Source: an uncultured Gammaproteobacteria bacterium
GTDB lineage: Bacteria; Patescibacteriota; Patescibacteriia; Magasanikbacterales; GWA2-37-8
Assembly: GCA_964596525.1 (NCBI GenBank)
Contig: CAZQUL010000001.1
Span: 742,509 to 806,508, forward strand
Length of the DNA stretch: 64,000 nucleotides
Direction of reading: 5' to 3'
Shown here piece after piece: positions 28,809-38,481 of this stretch; the stretch's first letter is position 1, and each line of letters opens with the position of its first letter. The notes beneath the pieces are model-generated. The model had not been told where the DNA came from. It did no database searches and was given only the letters and a program-made list of their open reading frames with translations. The translations under genes and the position numbers were made by a program.

Positions 28809-30335
28809 ATGAACCGTTTATTCCATAGCACGCTTGCCGTAACGATCGCGGTGGCTTTTGCCTGCGAAGCCATTTTTTTTCGCCATCCGTCACCGCTTGC
28901 CTTTGTGGCGTTAATCGTTGTTTATATCGGTGCATGGGCCGTTCTTATGCACACGAGCTGCTCCTGGCGGTCGCGTTGGCCGTTCATCGCTTTTATTCCG
29001 GTGGCACTTCTTGCCTATGCTTTTCTTTTTCGGATGGATCAAACAGCATGGTTAATCTATGCAGCACTCATTGCCGGTTTGACCTTGTTTGTTACTGCAT
29101 ACGTACCGCTCCGATATACAAAAGGTACCTTTCTCGGACCTTCTTCTCTGCCTTTTGTGCGTGCGCCTCTTACTATCGTGGATAAAGGCTTTGTCTTGGT
29201 CAAAAAAGTTTTGCGCATTCGACTAGAAACAAGCCGGGGTCGCCAAGTTCTTATGGGTTTGGTGCTCGCTGCGCCGCTTCTCATTATTTTTGGCGCTTTA
29301 TTTTATTCAGCCGATGGCGTGTTTAAACAAGTCGTCGGGCGCATAGACTGGTTGCAAAATTTTGTCCGTATTTTTTCCTGGTCAGGCTTTGGTACTATCA
29401 TCCGGTTTTTGGTGTGGTTCCTTTTGGTTGGCGGCCTCTTATCGTATTTTATAGAAGAAGATTACGCGGCTGTTCCCGTGGTGCCACGTCAGCGGGTTGT
29501 TCCAGAAATCACGGTTCTTGTTGTTATCGGTTTGATTGCCGCATTGTTTATTTTTTTCAATATCACCCAGTTGAGCGGACTTCTTCTTGAAACCGGGTTG
29601 AACGGTTTGACCTACGCGGAATATGCCCGGGAAGGCTTTGGCCAGCTGGTTCTTGCCTTGATGTTATCATTTGCCATGATATGGGTGATTTGCCATTTAT
29701 ACGGACAAGAATCGTGGCCGCGGCGCGTGCGCATCGTCACCGGCGTCTTTTTGGCACAGCTTATCCCGCTTGCCCTGTCGGCTTGGTATCGGCTTAACCT
29801 GTATCAACAAGCATACGGTTTTACCCTGCCGCGTTTGTATGCCGAAGGGGCGATAGTGGTCAGTTTTGCGGTGATGGCTCTTTACGCAGCTGTGCTGCTC
29901 GGCAAACTCCGCTACGAACGCATCGTCCATATCTCGGTCGGCATTGTGGTTATGGCTATCGCAATCCTCGGTATTATTGGTCCGAGCTATCTCGTCGCGC
30001 GGTGGAATTTTGAGCGTCTCGCGGCAGATAAAACATTTGATGCCAGCTATATGGCGCTCCTCGCTACAACCGATCCCGACAGTCTGCGCGCTTGGGTGGC
30101 TATGAAAGATCCAGCAGTGCAAGACGCTATTAAAAGAAATAACCAGAGCGGTGCAGGTACGGCGAGTGATTGGGTGCTTATGCTTACCACGCTGCAAGAA
30201 GTATACGATGATTTGCCCTATTATCATCTGCCTGATCCAAAGGATGGTGGTTCGGCGTTGTGGAGTTATCACCCGGGGGCGCGCCATGTGCAGGGTGTGG
30301 TCCGCGACCTGCTCGTTGCGCTTCCACCACGGTAG
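28809..30335 (+). CDS. Polytopic membrane protein of unknown function
   Basis: A 508-aa ORF with many predicted TM helices. Confidence 0.55.
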   Translation: MNRLFHSTLAVTIAVAFACEAIFFRHPSPLAFVALIVVYIGAWAVLMHTSCSWRSRWPFIAFIPVALLAYAFLFRMDQTAWLIYAALIAGLTLFVTAYVPLRYTKGTFLGPSSLPFVRAPLTIVDKGFVLVKKVLRIRLETSRGRQVLMGLVLAAPLLIIFGALFYSADGVFKQVVGRIDWLQNFVRIFSWSGFGTIIRFLVWFLLVGGLLSYFIEEDYAAVPVVPRQRVVPEITVLVVIGLIAALFIFFNITQLSGLLLETGLNGLTYAEYAREGFGQLVLALMLSFAMIWVICHLYGQESWPRRVRIVTGVFLAQLIPLALSAWYRLNLYQQAYGFTLPRLYAEGAIVVSFAVMALYAAVLLGKLRYERIVHISVGIVVMAIAILGIIGPSYLVARWNFERLAADKTFDASYMALLATTDPDSLRAWVAMKDPAVQDAIKRNNQSGAGTASDWVLMLTTLQEVYDDLPYYHLPDPKDGGSALWSYHPGARHVQGVVRDLLVALPPR

Positions 30336-30338
30336 TAC

Positions 30339-30404
30339 AAAAAACCGCCCCGCTACGTTTAGCACCAAGGGATTAGTGGTAAACGTAGGTGCGGGGCGGT
30401 TTTG
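30339..30404. terminator. Bidirectional terminator between convergent genes
   Basis: aaaaaaccgccccgctacgttt ... aaacgtaggtgcggggcggtttt forms a long palindrome with U-tracts on both strands. Confidence 0.6.
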
Positions 30405-30420
30405 AGGCCGCCGGGCAGAG

Positions 30421-30813
30421 CTACTTCATGCTGTGATGGTCGGAGGCAGGCGGGGGAGTTGACGGCAGACGCTCGACGGTGAAGGATGCGGAAGAGTCTT
30501 CGTAGGTCTGCGACTCTTCGCGCTTCACCGGACCCATCATGAATCCGATCTCGCGGAAAAGCTCTTTGAGGGCCGCTTCGACATCGGGATCGAAGATGCT
30601 GGTCTGGAGGATGGGGTTTCCATCCGTGTTGCTTTTTCTGATCTGTGAAATGATCTCCCCTTCGAAGAGCTTCTCGGCTGCAGAGCGGGCCTTGTCTGCC
30701 TTCTCTTTGGCCTGCCGCTTCATCTCCGCGGCATGATTTTCGGAGCGCTTGGCTAGAGCCTGCTCCATACGAATCCGGCGTGCCTCGATTTCTGTTGCCC
30801 TGTCGTGTGCCAT
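30421..30813 (-). CDS. Hypothetical charged coiled-coil-like protein
   Basis: The ATG at 30813 has a good RBS (gaggagaagaacc). The GTG further upstream in the ORF track is less likely. Confidence 0.5.
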   Translation of the reverse strand: MAHDRATEIEARRIRMEQALAKRSENHAAEMKRQAKEKADKARSAAEKLFEGEIISQIRKSNTDGNPILQTSIFDPDVEAALKELFREIGFMMGPVKREESQTYEDSSASFTVERLPSTPPPASDHHSMK

Positions 30814-31005
30814 GGTTCTTCTCCTCACTAAGCCGTATGCGGCGGCAGTTACAGGAACAGTCGATACTACACTTTTGGGGCGTATCTGTCAACTCTCTTG
30901 GTGAGATTAGAAACCTTAATTTCCTTTAATCTTGCCAAAATACGGCGTGATTGATAGAGTGGGGGTATATATAAGTATCTTCTATTTCCGCATTTTATCA
31001 TCCGT

Positions 31006-32880
31006 ATGTTTACGTCCCGCGAGCTCCGCCAGAAGTATCTCAATTTCTTCAAATCCAAAGGCCACGCCATTATCCCGTCCGCCCCAGTCGTCCCGGATAA
31101 CGACCCGACGGTACTCTTTACGACTGCGGGCATGCACCCCCTCGTGCCGTATCTTTTAGGCGAACAGCACCCGGCCGGCACCCGCCTTACGAACGTGCAG
31201 AAATGCATCCGCACCGGCGATATCGACGAAGTGGGGGACAACCGCCACCAGACATTCTTTGAAATGATGGGTAATTGGTCACTCGGCGATTACTTCAAAA
31301 AAGAAGCCATCGAATGGAGCTGGGAGTTTTTGACGTCGCCGGAATATCTCGGCCTCGATAAGCGTAAACTGGCCGTTACGGTCTTTGGCGGCGATCCGCG
31401 TGTGCCGCATCTCCCGAAAGACGAAGAATCCTACATGATCTGGAAAAACCTCGGCGTGCCGGAACATAAAATCGCCTATCTCGAAGGTGGGGTTTTGGAA
31501 AGCAAGAAAAACTGGTGGGGTCCGGCCGGACAGACGGGTCCCTGCGGTCCGGATACCGAAATGTTCTTCTGGAAAGGTGAGGGCGAGTTTCCGCCCGAAG
31601 GCAGTAATCCTGGCAACGATGAAGACAACTGGCTCGAAATCTGGAACGACGTTTTGATGCAGTACAACAAAATGGCCGACGGTTCGTATGCTCCGCTCGC
31701 CAAGAAAAATGTCGACACCGGCATGGGGCTCGAACGCACCCTCATGGTCATGAACGGTTTTGTCGACACGTTCCAGACCGACACGTTCTGGCCGCTCATC
31801 CAGAAAATTTCGGAAATTTCCGGCAAGATTTATGTTGAGGACAAGAACATTACCCGTTCGATGCGCATCATCGCCGATCATATTCGCACTGCGACCATGA
31901 TCATGGGTGATGACCGTGGCATTGCCCCGGGTAACGTTGACCAGGGCTATATCGTCCGCCGCCTCATCCGCCGCGCGGTGCGTCATGGCCGCGTGCTCGG
32001 TATCACGACAAATTTTACAAGCATCATCGCTGAGAAAGTAATTGAAATTTTTGCCGACGTCTACCCTGAAGTCACCCGCAACCGTGATTTTGTCCTCACC
32101 GAAATGGCGCGTGAAGAGTCCAAATTCCGCAATACCATCGAGCAGGGCCTCAAAGAATTCGAAAAACTCCTTAACGGTTTCCGTATTGCCTTTGAAAAAA
32201 CCGGCCAGGCCATTAAGGAAATTTCCGGCAAGCAAGCGTTCAAGCTCTATGATACGTACGGCTTCCCGCTCGAAATGACCCAGGAGCTCGCCATTGAAAA
32301 CGGCCTCACCGTCGACGTGAGCGCGTTCGAGAAAGCGTTCCAGGAACACCAGGAGCTTTCCCGCGCCGGTGCCGAGCAGAAATTCAAAGGCGGCCTCGCT
32401 GATCATAGCGAGATTTCCACGCGCTATCATACGGCGACGCATCTCGTGCATGCCGCGCTCATGAAAGTTTTGGGCCCGCACGCCACGCAGCGGGGGAGTA
32501 ACATCACCCACGAGCGCATGCGTTTCGATTTTGCGCATCCGCAGAAACTCACGCCCGAAGAACTGCGTGCTGTCGAAGACTTGGTTAATGCTGCGGTCGC
32601 GAAAGATTACCCGATGACCTGGCAGGAAATGAACTTCGAAGAAGCGAAGCGACTCGGCGCTATCGGTCTTTTCGAAGATAAATACGAAGCAAAAATCAAA
32701 GTTTACACTGTGGGAGACCCGTCACTCCCGGCTACGGCCGACCCGAATTCGCCGACCTTTAGCCGCGAAGTCTGTGGTGGTCCGCATGTGGCGCATACGG
32801 GGCTCGTCGGTAAGTTCAAGATCGTTAAAGAAGAAGCGGTAAGTGCAGGGGTGCGGCGTATCAAGGCGGTAGTTGAGTAG
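31006..32880 (+). CDS. alaS: Alanine--tRNA ligase, short form (624 aa; catalytic, tRNA-recognition and editing domains present, C-Ala domain absent)
   Basis: LRQKYLNFFKSKGH ... FTTAGM (motif 1 region) ... GNWSLGDYFK ... editing-domain HxxxH/CxxxH (HTATHLVHAAL ... CGGPHV). Confidence 0.85.
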   Translation: MFTSRELRQKYLNFFKSKGHAIIPSAPVVPDNDPTVLFTTAGMHPLVPYLLGEQHPAGTRLTNVQKCIRTGDIDEVGDNRHQTFFEMMGNWSLGDYFKKEAIEWSWEFLTSPEYLGLDKRKLAVTVFGGDPRVPHLPKDEESYMIWKNLGVPEHKIAYLEGGVLESKKNWWGPAGQTGPCGPDTEMFFWKGEGEFPPEGSNPGNDEDNWLEIWNDVLMQYNKMADGSYAPLAKKNVDTGMGLERTLMVMNGFVDTFQTDTFWPLIQKISEISGKIYVEDKNITRSMRIIADHIRTATMIMGDDRGIAPGNVDQGYIVRRLIRRAVRHGRVLGITTNFTSIIAEKVIEIFADVYPEVTRNRDFVLTEMAREESKFRNTIEQGLKEFEKLLNGFRIAFEKTGQAIKEISGKQAFKLYDTYGFPLEMTQELAIENGLTVDVSAFEKAFQEHQELSRAGAEQKFKGGLADHSEISTRYHTATHLVHAALMKVLGPHATQRGSNITHERMRFDFAHPQKLTPEELRAVEDLVNAAVAKDYPMTWQEMNFEEAKRLGAIGLFEDKYEAKIKVYTVGDPSLPATADPNSPTFSREVCGGPHVAHTGLVGKFKIVKEEAVSAGVRRIKAVVE

Positions 32881-32888
32881 TATATAGT

Positions 32889-32925
32889 GAAAAACCACGG
32901 CGGTTATACTCGCGGTGGTTTTTTG
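32889..32925 (+). terminator. Rho-independent terminator after alaS
   Basis: aaaaaccacggcgg ... cgcggtggtttttt. Confidence 0.6.
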
Positions 32926-33218
32926 ATAGTAGAAATGGCGTGATGATTTATCGAGTCGTGTGGATATTTTTTAACCTAAAAGTCGTACAATTTATTTTAT
33001 CCACAGACTTTATGATAATTTTATAAACGATTTATTAATCGATAGTTAGAGAAAAAAGAGTTCAAAAAAACAGTTTGAAGACATTTTTTGTTAAAAAATG
33101 TTATTTTTAACCGACAAAGCGTTACCGTTACTCCGTCGATAGCATTGACTTATCCCTAAGTTTAGGTATAGTCTCATCTATAGAGTTCGTAGTTCGTAGC
33201 GAAAGAGGAGGTTCCCCC

Positions 33219-34424
33219 ATGTCCACTGCGGCATCTTCCAGCCAGGTTCGTGCGCTTCCCCCCACATTGCGGCTCGTACGAGACGATGAAGAGCTTTTCA
33301 ACCCACCGCCTTCCACGGGCCGTGTCCTCGAGCCAGTCGAGCCCTTGGTTTCTGATCGGGTTGTCACCGACCTAGCGCAGAACGTGCAGGTCGGGGAAAA
33401 CCTGGCCGTCAGGTTCTCCATTCTGGCCTCGAAGAACCCCGAAGACACGCAGCTCGAGCGCCGGCAGCGCTTTCTCTATGCGGCTGCGCTCCCTCTCATG
33501 TTGTTGATCGCCCTTATCGTTGCTGTTCAGGTGGGCGTGTGGCGGGTGTTTTTCTGGCTCTCGTGGCGTTTCGGCCGCATCCATCTTTCCAAGAAGGAGT
33601 TCGCCAATCGCTACGAGCTTGGGCCGGCCTCGCTTTCATGGCCGTTCCTAGGATCGCCCATGGGTCGGCAGCTGCGCGCTGACGTGACTACCGCGTCGGC
33701 ACTCACGCCGACGTACAGCTACAACCGGTACTGTCGTGAGGCCAAGGGTGGCAAACTGACGCTCGGTGATCGGGCGTTCCTGTTCTGGATTAACCAGCCC
33801 GATGGGCAGGCGGTACGCAACCGCTTGCGCATGGTACATCAGTTCATCGGCGACGAGCTCGAGCGCATCTTTAAGGACCGCGGAGTGCGGTATGAGATCA
33901 AGGTGCTCTCGCTCGCCTGCGGTTCGGCTGAGGCGACGATCCGGGCGGTGCAGGCCTTCAACCTGCGCTACCCCCAGGCCCGGGTGGAAGTCACGCTCGT
34001 CGACCTTAACCGCGGGTCGCTTCGCCAGGCAGGAGAACTGGCGCGGCACTGCGGGGTCAAGATCACTACGATCTGCATGAACCTCAGAGATTATCTCCCG
34101 ACCGTACCCGACCACAGCTTCGATGTCATCGAGGAAGTCGGGTTCCGCGACTATCGCCTGAAGGCGAGCGCCCAGTGGTACTCTGCTGAAGAGCGTCGAG
34201 TTCTGAGGATCGGCGGTGCGCTCGTCACCTCGAGCATCGCGCCGAGCCTGGGTGCGCCGGTCGTGCGGTCGGTCACCAACTGGCCGTACCTCATCCGCCG
34301 CCCGCTCACGGAGTTCAAGCCGCTCGTCGTGGGGCCCGGAGACCTCTTTGGTCTCGATGAGGCTAAGTTCTACAAGGAGCCATGGGGTATCCACTACCTC
34401 TGCGTGGCTCATCGCATTTCCTAG
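33219..34424 (+). CDS. Membrane-anchored class I SAM-dependent methyltransferase-like protein
   Basis: A strong RBS (agaggagg) is present. An N-terminal TM helix is followed by a Rossmann-like segment (VLSLACGSAEATI ... VTLVDLN ... FDVIEE). The gene is markedly GC-richer than its AT-rich leader. Confidence 0.55.
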   Translation: MSTAASSSQVRALPPTLRLVRDDEELFNPPPSTGRVLEPVEPLVSDRVVTDLAQNVQVGENLAVRFSILASKNPEDTQLERRQRFLYAAALPLMLLIALIVAVQVGVWRVFFWLSWRFGRIHLSKKEFANRYELGPASLSWPFLGSPMGRQLRADVTTASALTPTYSYNRYCREAKGGKLTLGDRAFLFWINQPDGQAVRNRLRMVHQFIGDELERIFKDRGVRYEIKVLSLACGSAEATIRAVQAFNLRYPQARVEVTLVDLNRGSLRQAGELARHCGVKITTICMNLRDYLPTVPDHSFDVIEEVGFRDYRLKASAQWYSAEERRVLRIGGALVTSSIAPSLGAPVVRSVTNWPYLIRRPLTEFKPLVVGPGDLFGLDEAKFYKEPWGIHYLCVAHRIS

Positions 34425-34538
34425 ACGAAGCCGGCCTCCCTCATTTCCTGCTTCGAGATACGCTTGGTCCTACTGGGCGTATTTTTGTTTTTTAGGTATA
34501 CTGGTGAAAGATTTTACTGTTGTTGAGTGGTTTTTTGT

Positions 34539-36203
34539 ATGGAAAGCAATTTTTTTTGGTATTTCCCTGCTTCAGCGCTGGTAAACACGATTACGAGCGG
34601 ATTGCTTGGCATCTATCTTCTGCTCATCGCCAGCAAGCGCCCGGTGGCCCGCTATTTGCTTTACTTTTGTCTTGCGGCGACCTGGTGGGGGCTCGGATAT
34701 TTTTTTTGGCAAATCAGCTCTACGGCGGAAAGCGCCCTGTTTTGGACCCGATTTCTCATGTTTGGCGCGATTTTCAGCTCGGTGTGCTATTTCCATCTGG
34801 TTATCGTTTTCTTGAATAAGCAGCACACGTATTTTAAATACATCGTCGGGTTATTTTATCTTAGCTGCATTATTTTTGCCGGCCTTAATCTTACGCCCAA
34901 TTTCGTCATTGGGGTAGAGCCGCGATCATATTTCCGGTTCTGGCCTATTCCGGGGCAGGGATATATGGCTTTTTTGGCAGTATTTTTCCTACAGGTTTTA
35001 CTCGCCTCGGTGCTCCTGTTTAAGAAATACCGCGCGAGTAGCGGCGTAGAAAAAATCCAGACAGCCCTGCTTTTGGCCGGTATCTTGCTGGCCTTTGTCG
35101 GCGGTTCGACCAATTATTTTTTGTGGTACAACATACCCATTCCACCCTGGGGTAATGGGCTTGTAGCCATTTACGTCGTGTTGACGGTATATGCCATGCT
35201 TAAGTACCGGTTCATGGATCTTAAGGTAGTTTTTGCCGAGATTTTCACCGGGCTTATCTTACTCGTCTTCTTGCTCGATATTTTCTTGTCACGCAGTTAT
35301 TTGGAGATCGGTTTCCGCGTCTTGGCGCTCTTTATCATGTTTGCGTTCGGATACGTCCTTATCCGCTCGGTGCAGCGCGAAATCCAGCGGCGTGAAGAAG
35401 TTACGGCTTTGGCGCATGATCTGCAAGAAGCCAACAACCGCCTACAAGAGCTCGACCGTCAGAAAACGGAATTTCTTTCCATTGCATCGCACCAGCTGCG
35501 CACGCCTTTGTCTATCATAAACGGCTACATCGGGTTGTTGCAGGAGGGTGGTTATGGCAAGCCGACCAAAGACATGCAGCAGGTTTTTGCCAATATGGAT
35601 GAGAGCAATACGCGCCTTACCAAGTTGGTCGATGAGTTTTTGGACATAACGCGCATCGAGCAGGGGCGCACTAAATTCTACTACAGCCCGCATGATATGA
35701 ACGAAATCGTCGATAGCGTGATTAAGGAATTGCGTGGCCGCGCTGAGCAGAAAGGGCTTGCACTCCTCTGGAAGCGTGATTATTTTCCGCATGTGGCAAG
35801 CGTTGATGATGAAAAAATCCGCCATGCCATTTATAATCTCGTGGACAATGCCGTCAAATATAGCGAGCATGGGACTATCACGGTAGCGTTGCAAAGCAAA
35901 GATGGCGGCCTGGTATTTACCGTTAATGACCAAGGGCTTGGTTTTGAAGAGAAAGATCGAGTTAACCTGTATCAGAAATTTTATCGCGGCGAAAACGTCC
36001 AGCATACCAATGTCAACGGAACGGGTCTGGGTTTGTACGTAGTGAGCAAGTTTGTGGATGCCCACGGGGGACGAGTGTGGGCAAAAAGCCCTGGCCTTGG
36101 TAAGGGGAGTGAATTCGGGTTCTGGATTCCTTTGGACCGTGATGCACGTAAAAGCGAGGTGGTTGAAAATCCGGTCTTGGCTCAAGGCAGTGGTGGGCGT
36201 TAA
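34539..36203 (+). CDS. Sensor histidine kinase with a multi-TM N-terminal sensor domain
   Basis: The HisKA H-box is EFLSIASHQLRTPL. HATPase_c N, G1 and G2 boxes are present (NLVDNAVKY, DQGLGF, GTGLGL). About six or seven TM helices lie at the N-terminus. Confidence 0.8.
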   Translation: MESNFFWYFPASALVNTITSGLLGIYLLLIASKRPVARYLLYFCLAATWWGLGYFFWQISSTAESALFWTRFLMFGAIFSSVCYFHLVIVFLNKQHTYFKYIVGLFYLSCIIFAGLNLTPNFVIGVEPRSYFRFWPIPGQGYMAFLAVFFLQVLLASVLLFKKYRASSGVEKIQTALLLAGILLAFVGGSTNYFLWYNIPIPPWGNGLVAIYVVLTVYAMLKYRFMDLKVVFAEIFTGLILLVFLLDIFLSRSYLEIGFRVLALFIMFAFGYVLIRSVQREIQRREEVTALAHDLQEANNRLQELDRQKTEFLSIASHQLRTPLSIINGYIGLLQEGGYGKPTKDMQQVFANMDESNTRLTKLVDEFLDITRIEQGRTKFYYSPHDMNEIVDSVIKELRGRAEQKGLALLWKRDYFPHVASVDDEKIRHAIYNLVDNAVKYSEHGTITVALQSKDGGLVFTVNDQGLGFEEKDRVNLYQKFYRGENVQHTNVNGTGLGLYVVSKFVDAHGGRVWAKSPGLGKGSEFGFWIPLDRDARKSEVVENPVLAQGSGGR

Positions 36204-36221
36204 GCGGATGCACACGTTGAT

Positions 36222-38066
36222 ATGGTTTCTAAACTAGTGCAACGAGTCGCGATGGCAGTATGGGGTGGTTTGGTCATCGCGGCTTTTTTGGTTCTCTCGG
36301 TGTCCGCTTCAGATTTCTTCGTCGTGTCGCCGTGGGAGGTTATTTCATCCTGGTATCTGCCGTTATTTGTTGTGATCGCTTTCGGTTTGGGCTGGTATAT
36401 CGCTTCGGAATGGGTGCGGGTTGTACCGGCACTCGGCGCTCTCATTGTTGTTACTTTTTTGCAGCATAGTTATCTGCCGCTATCGCATGAATTTTTCTAT
36501 GGCGCGGACGGATGGCGGCATCTAGCGAATGCAGAACGAATTGTAAACGAAGGGTGGGGGGCGGTGTATCAGTTCAGTTCGCTCGGTGAAGCGGTTGGGG
36601 AGGTTTCATATACGTTTCTCTGGGCACTCCTCGTTGCTAGTCTTAGATTAGGTCTTAACGCTGTAGTGGTCATTAAATGGCTCGTACCGATTGTGTGGTC
36701 AGTTGGGGTGCCGATCGTGTTGTATAAACTTTTGCGAACGTTTGGTATAGCGCCGCAGCGGGCACTCGGCGGGGTGTGGCTGTCGCTTATTCCGTTTGCG
36801 TGGCAGGCGGCCGGGGCGTTTACATTACCGGTCGGGTTGAGTTTTGTGATGTTTCTCGTGGCACTCGTCGTGCTTGCTCGTTATGTTGTGGCCGAGGGAC
36901 AGAAGTCGCGCCTGCCGTTGCTTGGTGGTTTGGCACTAGTGAGTGTGGGATATACGCTGTACCCGCTCGTCTACCTGTTGTTATGGGGTGCGGCGGAGGC
37001 GCTTTTGTTCGCCCGGCGAAGAATGCCGGCTACCTTCCAGAGGGTGAGCGAGGTGGTAGTGGGAATCGGGCTTTTGCTTGCGTTACCGCTCGCCGAAGTA
37101 GTGGCTCGGTATAGTTCCTGGTCAGATACCTGGTCGTTTAGAACTTTTATCGCTAGCGCCGTGCAGTTTTTCGGCAATTTGAGCGGTTTTTATCTTGCTT
37201 CTGGTCCGCGTCCGCACGATATCCCAACCGGTAATTTATTGTTTAACCAGATGCCGAGTTATGCGTTCGTGAGCAATCCGCTTATTGCGTGGCGGTGGTG
37301 GCTCGTCGCAGTCGCCGTAGTGTTTTGGGGTGTCGTGGTGCTTGGTTCGTGGTATCAGTTGCGGCGCAGTTCGGCGGTGTGGTTACGGTGGTGGTCGCTC
37401 GCTACCATGGCTTTTTTGGGCAGTTTGTTTGTAGGGCGCTACGTCCTTGTTGGGGAACAGGTATTGTCGCGGCGGATGGATGTGGTGATTGTTTTGTTTG
37501 CGCTGGTTTCGTTTGTCGTTACGCTTTCGCAGGTGTTCGACAGGTATCGTGAACGGTGTGCAGCTGGATTACATCAGCATCGATGGTTCGTTGGGGTGGC
37601 TGTGGCTTTTGCGGCGCTCGTTATGGGAGCGTCGTATACGCTTGGGCCTGATACGCGGGCGGTAAGCCGTAACGAATATGCGGCTATGCAGGTCGTATGG
37701 TCATACGAGAAAGGCAATCCTGGTCCGTGGTGCGTAGTGGCCGATACCTATCCACTTCTGGCCCTTGAAGCCCTTTCGGCCAAGCGTATAGTGGGAGGAG
37801 GATTTCCTATTAATGAATATTTTGCGCAGAAAGAACGGGAAGAAATTTTTGTGCACTTCAAACACGGCGCTTTTTCGGAAGCTGCCATGAAAGCTTTGGC
37901 AGTAACTAAGGCAGAGCGCTGTTGGTTCGCGGGCGTTCCAACTTCAATCAATCCAGATGGTAGCCGCTTTTTTCATGGCTGGTTTGGTGCTGTAGATGGT
38001 TCTGTCGCTCGTCCTCAGGCTCTTGGACTGTGGGTTGTCGAGGTTCCGTCTTCACGTGCGCCTTAA
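36222..38066 (+). CDS. Large polytopic membrane protein (possible GT-C-like glycosyltransferase or DUF)
   Basis: A 614-aa ORF with more than 12 predicted TM segments and a soluble C-terminal domain. Confidence 0.5.
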   Translation: MVSKLVQRVAMAVWGGLVIAAFLVLSVSASDFFVVSPWEVISSWYLPLFVVIAFGLGWYIASEWVRVVPALGALIVVTFLQHSYLPLSHEFFYGADGWRHLANAERIVNEGWGAVYQFSSLGEAVGEVSYTFLWALLVASLRLGLNAVVVIKWLVPIVWSVGVPIVLYKLLRTFGIAPQRALGGVWLSLIPFAWQAAGAFTLPVGLSFVMFLVALVVLARYVVAEGQKSRLPLLGGLALVSVGYTLYPLVYLLLWGAAEALLFARRRMPATFQRVSEVVVGIGLLLALPLAEVVARYSSWSDTWSFRTFIASAVQFFGNLSGFYLASGPRPHDIPTGNLLFNQMPSYAFVSNPLIAWRWWLVAVAVVFWGVVVLGSWYQLRRSSAVWLRWWSLATMAFLGSLFVGRYVLVGEQVLSRRMDVVIVLFALVSFVVTLSQVFDRYRERCAAGLHQHRWFVGVAVAFAALVMGASYTLGPDTRAVSRNEYAAMQVVWSYEKGNPGPWCVVADTYPLLALEALSAKRIVGGGFPINEYFAQKEREEIFVHFKHGAFSEAAMKALAVTKAERCWFAGVPTSINPDGSRFFHGWFGAVDGSVARPQALGLWVVEVPSSRAP

Positions 38067-38077
38067 ACTAACTTTAT

Positions 38078-38479
38078 ATGTCGTGTATTTTTTGCAGAAT
38101 CATTGCCAAAGAAATTCCCAACCACACGGTATTTGAGAACGAAAACGTGCTGGCTTTTTTAGATATTTTCCCTTGCAGTCCGGGTCATACAGTGGTTATT
38201 CCCAAGCGTCATGCCGAGCGGATGACCGATTTGTCCCCCGAAGAGCAGGCGGCGCTTATCCAAGGCGTGGGGTCTGTTATGTGTCGCATTGATGACGTGC
38301 TTAAACCCCCGGGCATGAACGTAGGGTGGAATGATCGAGCGGCCGCTGGTCAGGCCGTACCCCATGTGCATGTGCATGTTTTACCTCGCTACGAAGGCGA
38401 TGGAGGAGGGAGTATGCATTCCATCGTCAAAAACAAAGAATCGATTGATGTTCAAGCTCTCGCTAAACGTTTCGCTTAA
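38078..38479 (+). CDS. HIT family hydrolase
   Basis: It carries the histidine triad HVHVHVL. Confidence 0.8.
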   Translation: MSCIFCRIIAKEIPNHTVFENENVLAFLDIFPCSPGHTVVIPKRHAERMTDLSPEEQAALIQGVGSVMCRIDDVLKPPGMNVGWNDRAAAGQAVPHVHVHVLPRYEGDGGGSMHSIVKNKESIDVQALAKRFA

Positions 38480-38481
38480 CT

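Noticed and set aside
31279-32538. 419-aa ORF antisense to alaS
   Set aside because: It lies entirely inside the well-supported alaS CDS on the opposite strand. Its translation is low-complexity and Arg/Gly/Ala-rich, as expected for a high-GC antisense frame.
33648-34412. 254-aa minus-strand ORF opposite the GC-rich methyltransferase-like gene
   Set aside because: Long antisense ORFs are expected in very GC-rich DNA. The sense ORF has a strong RBS and a Rossmann-like motif.
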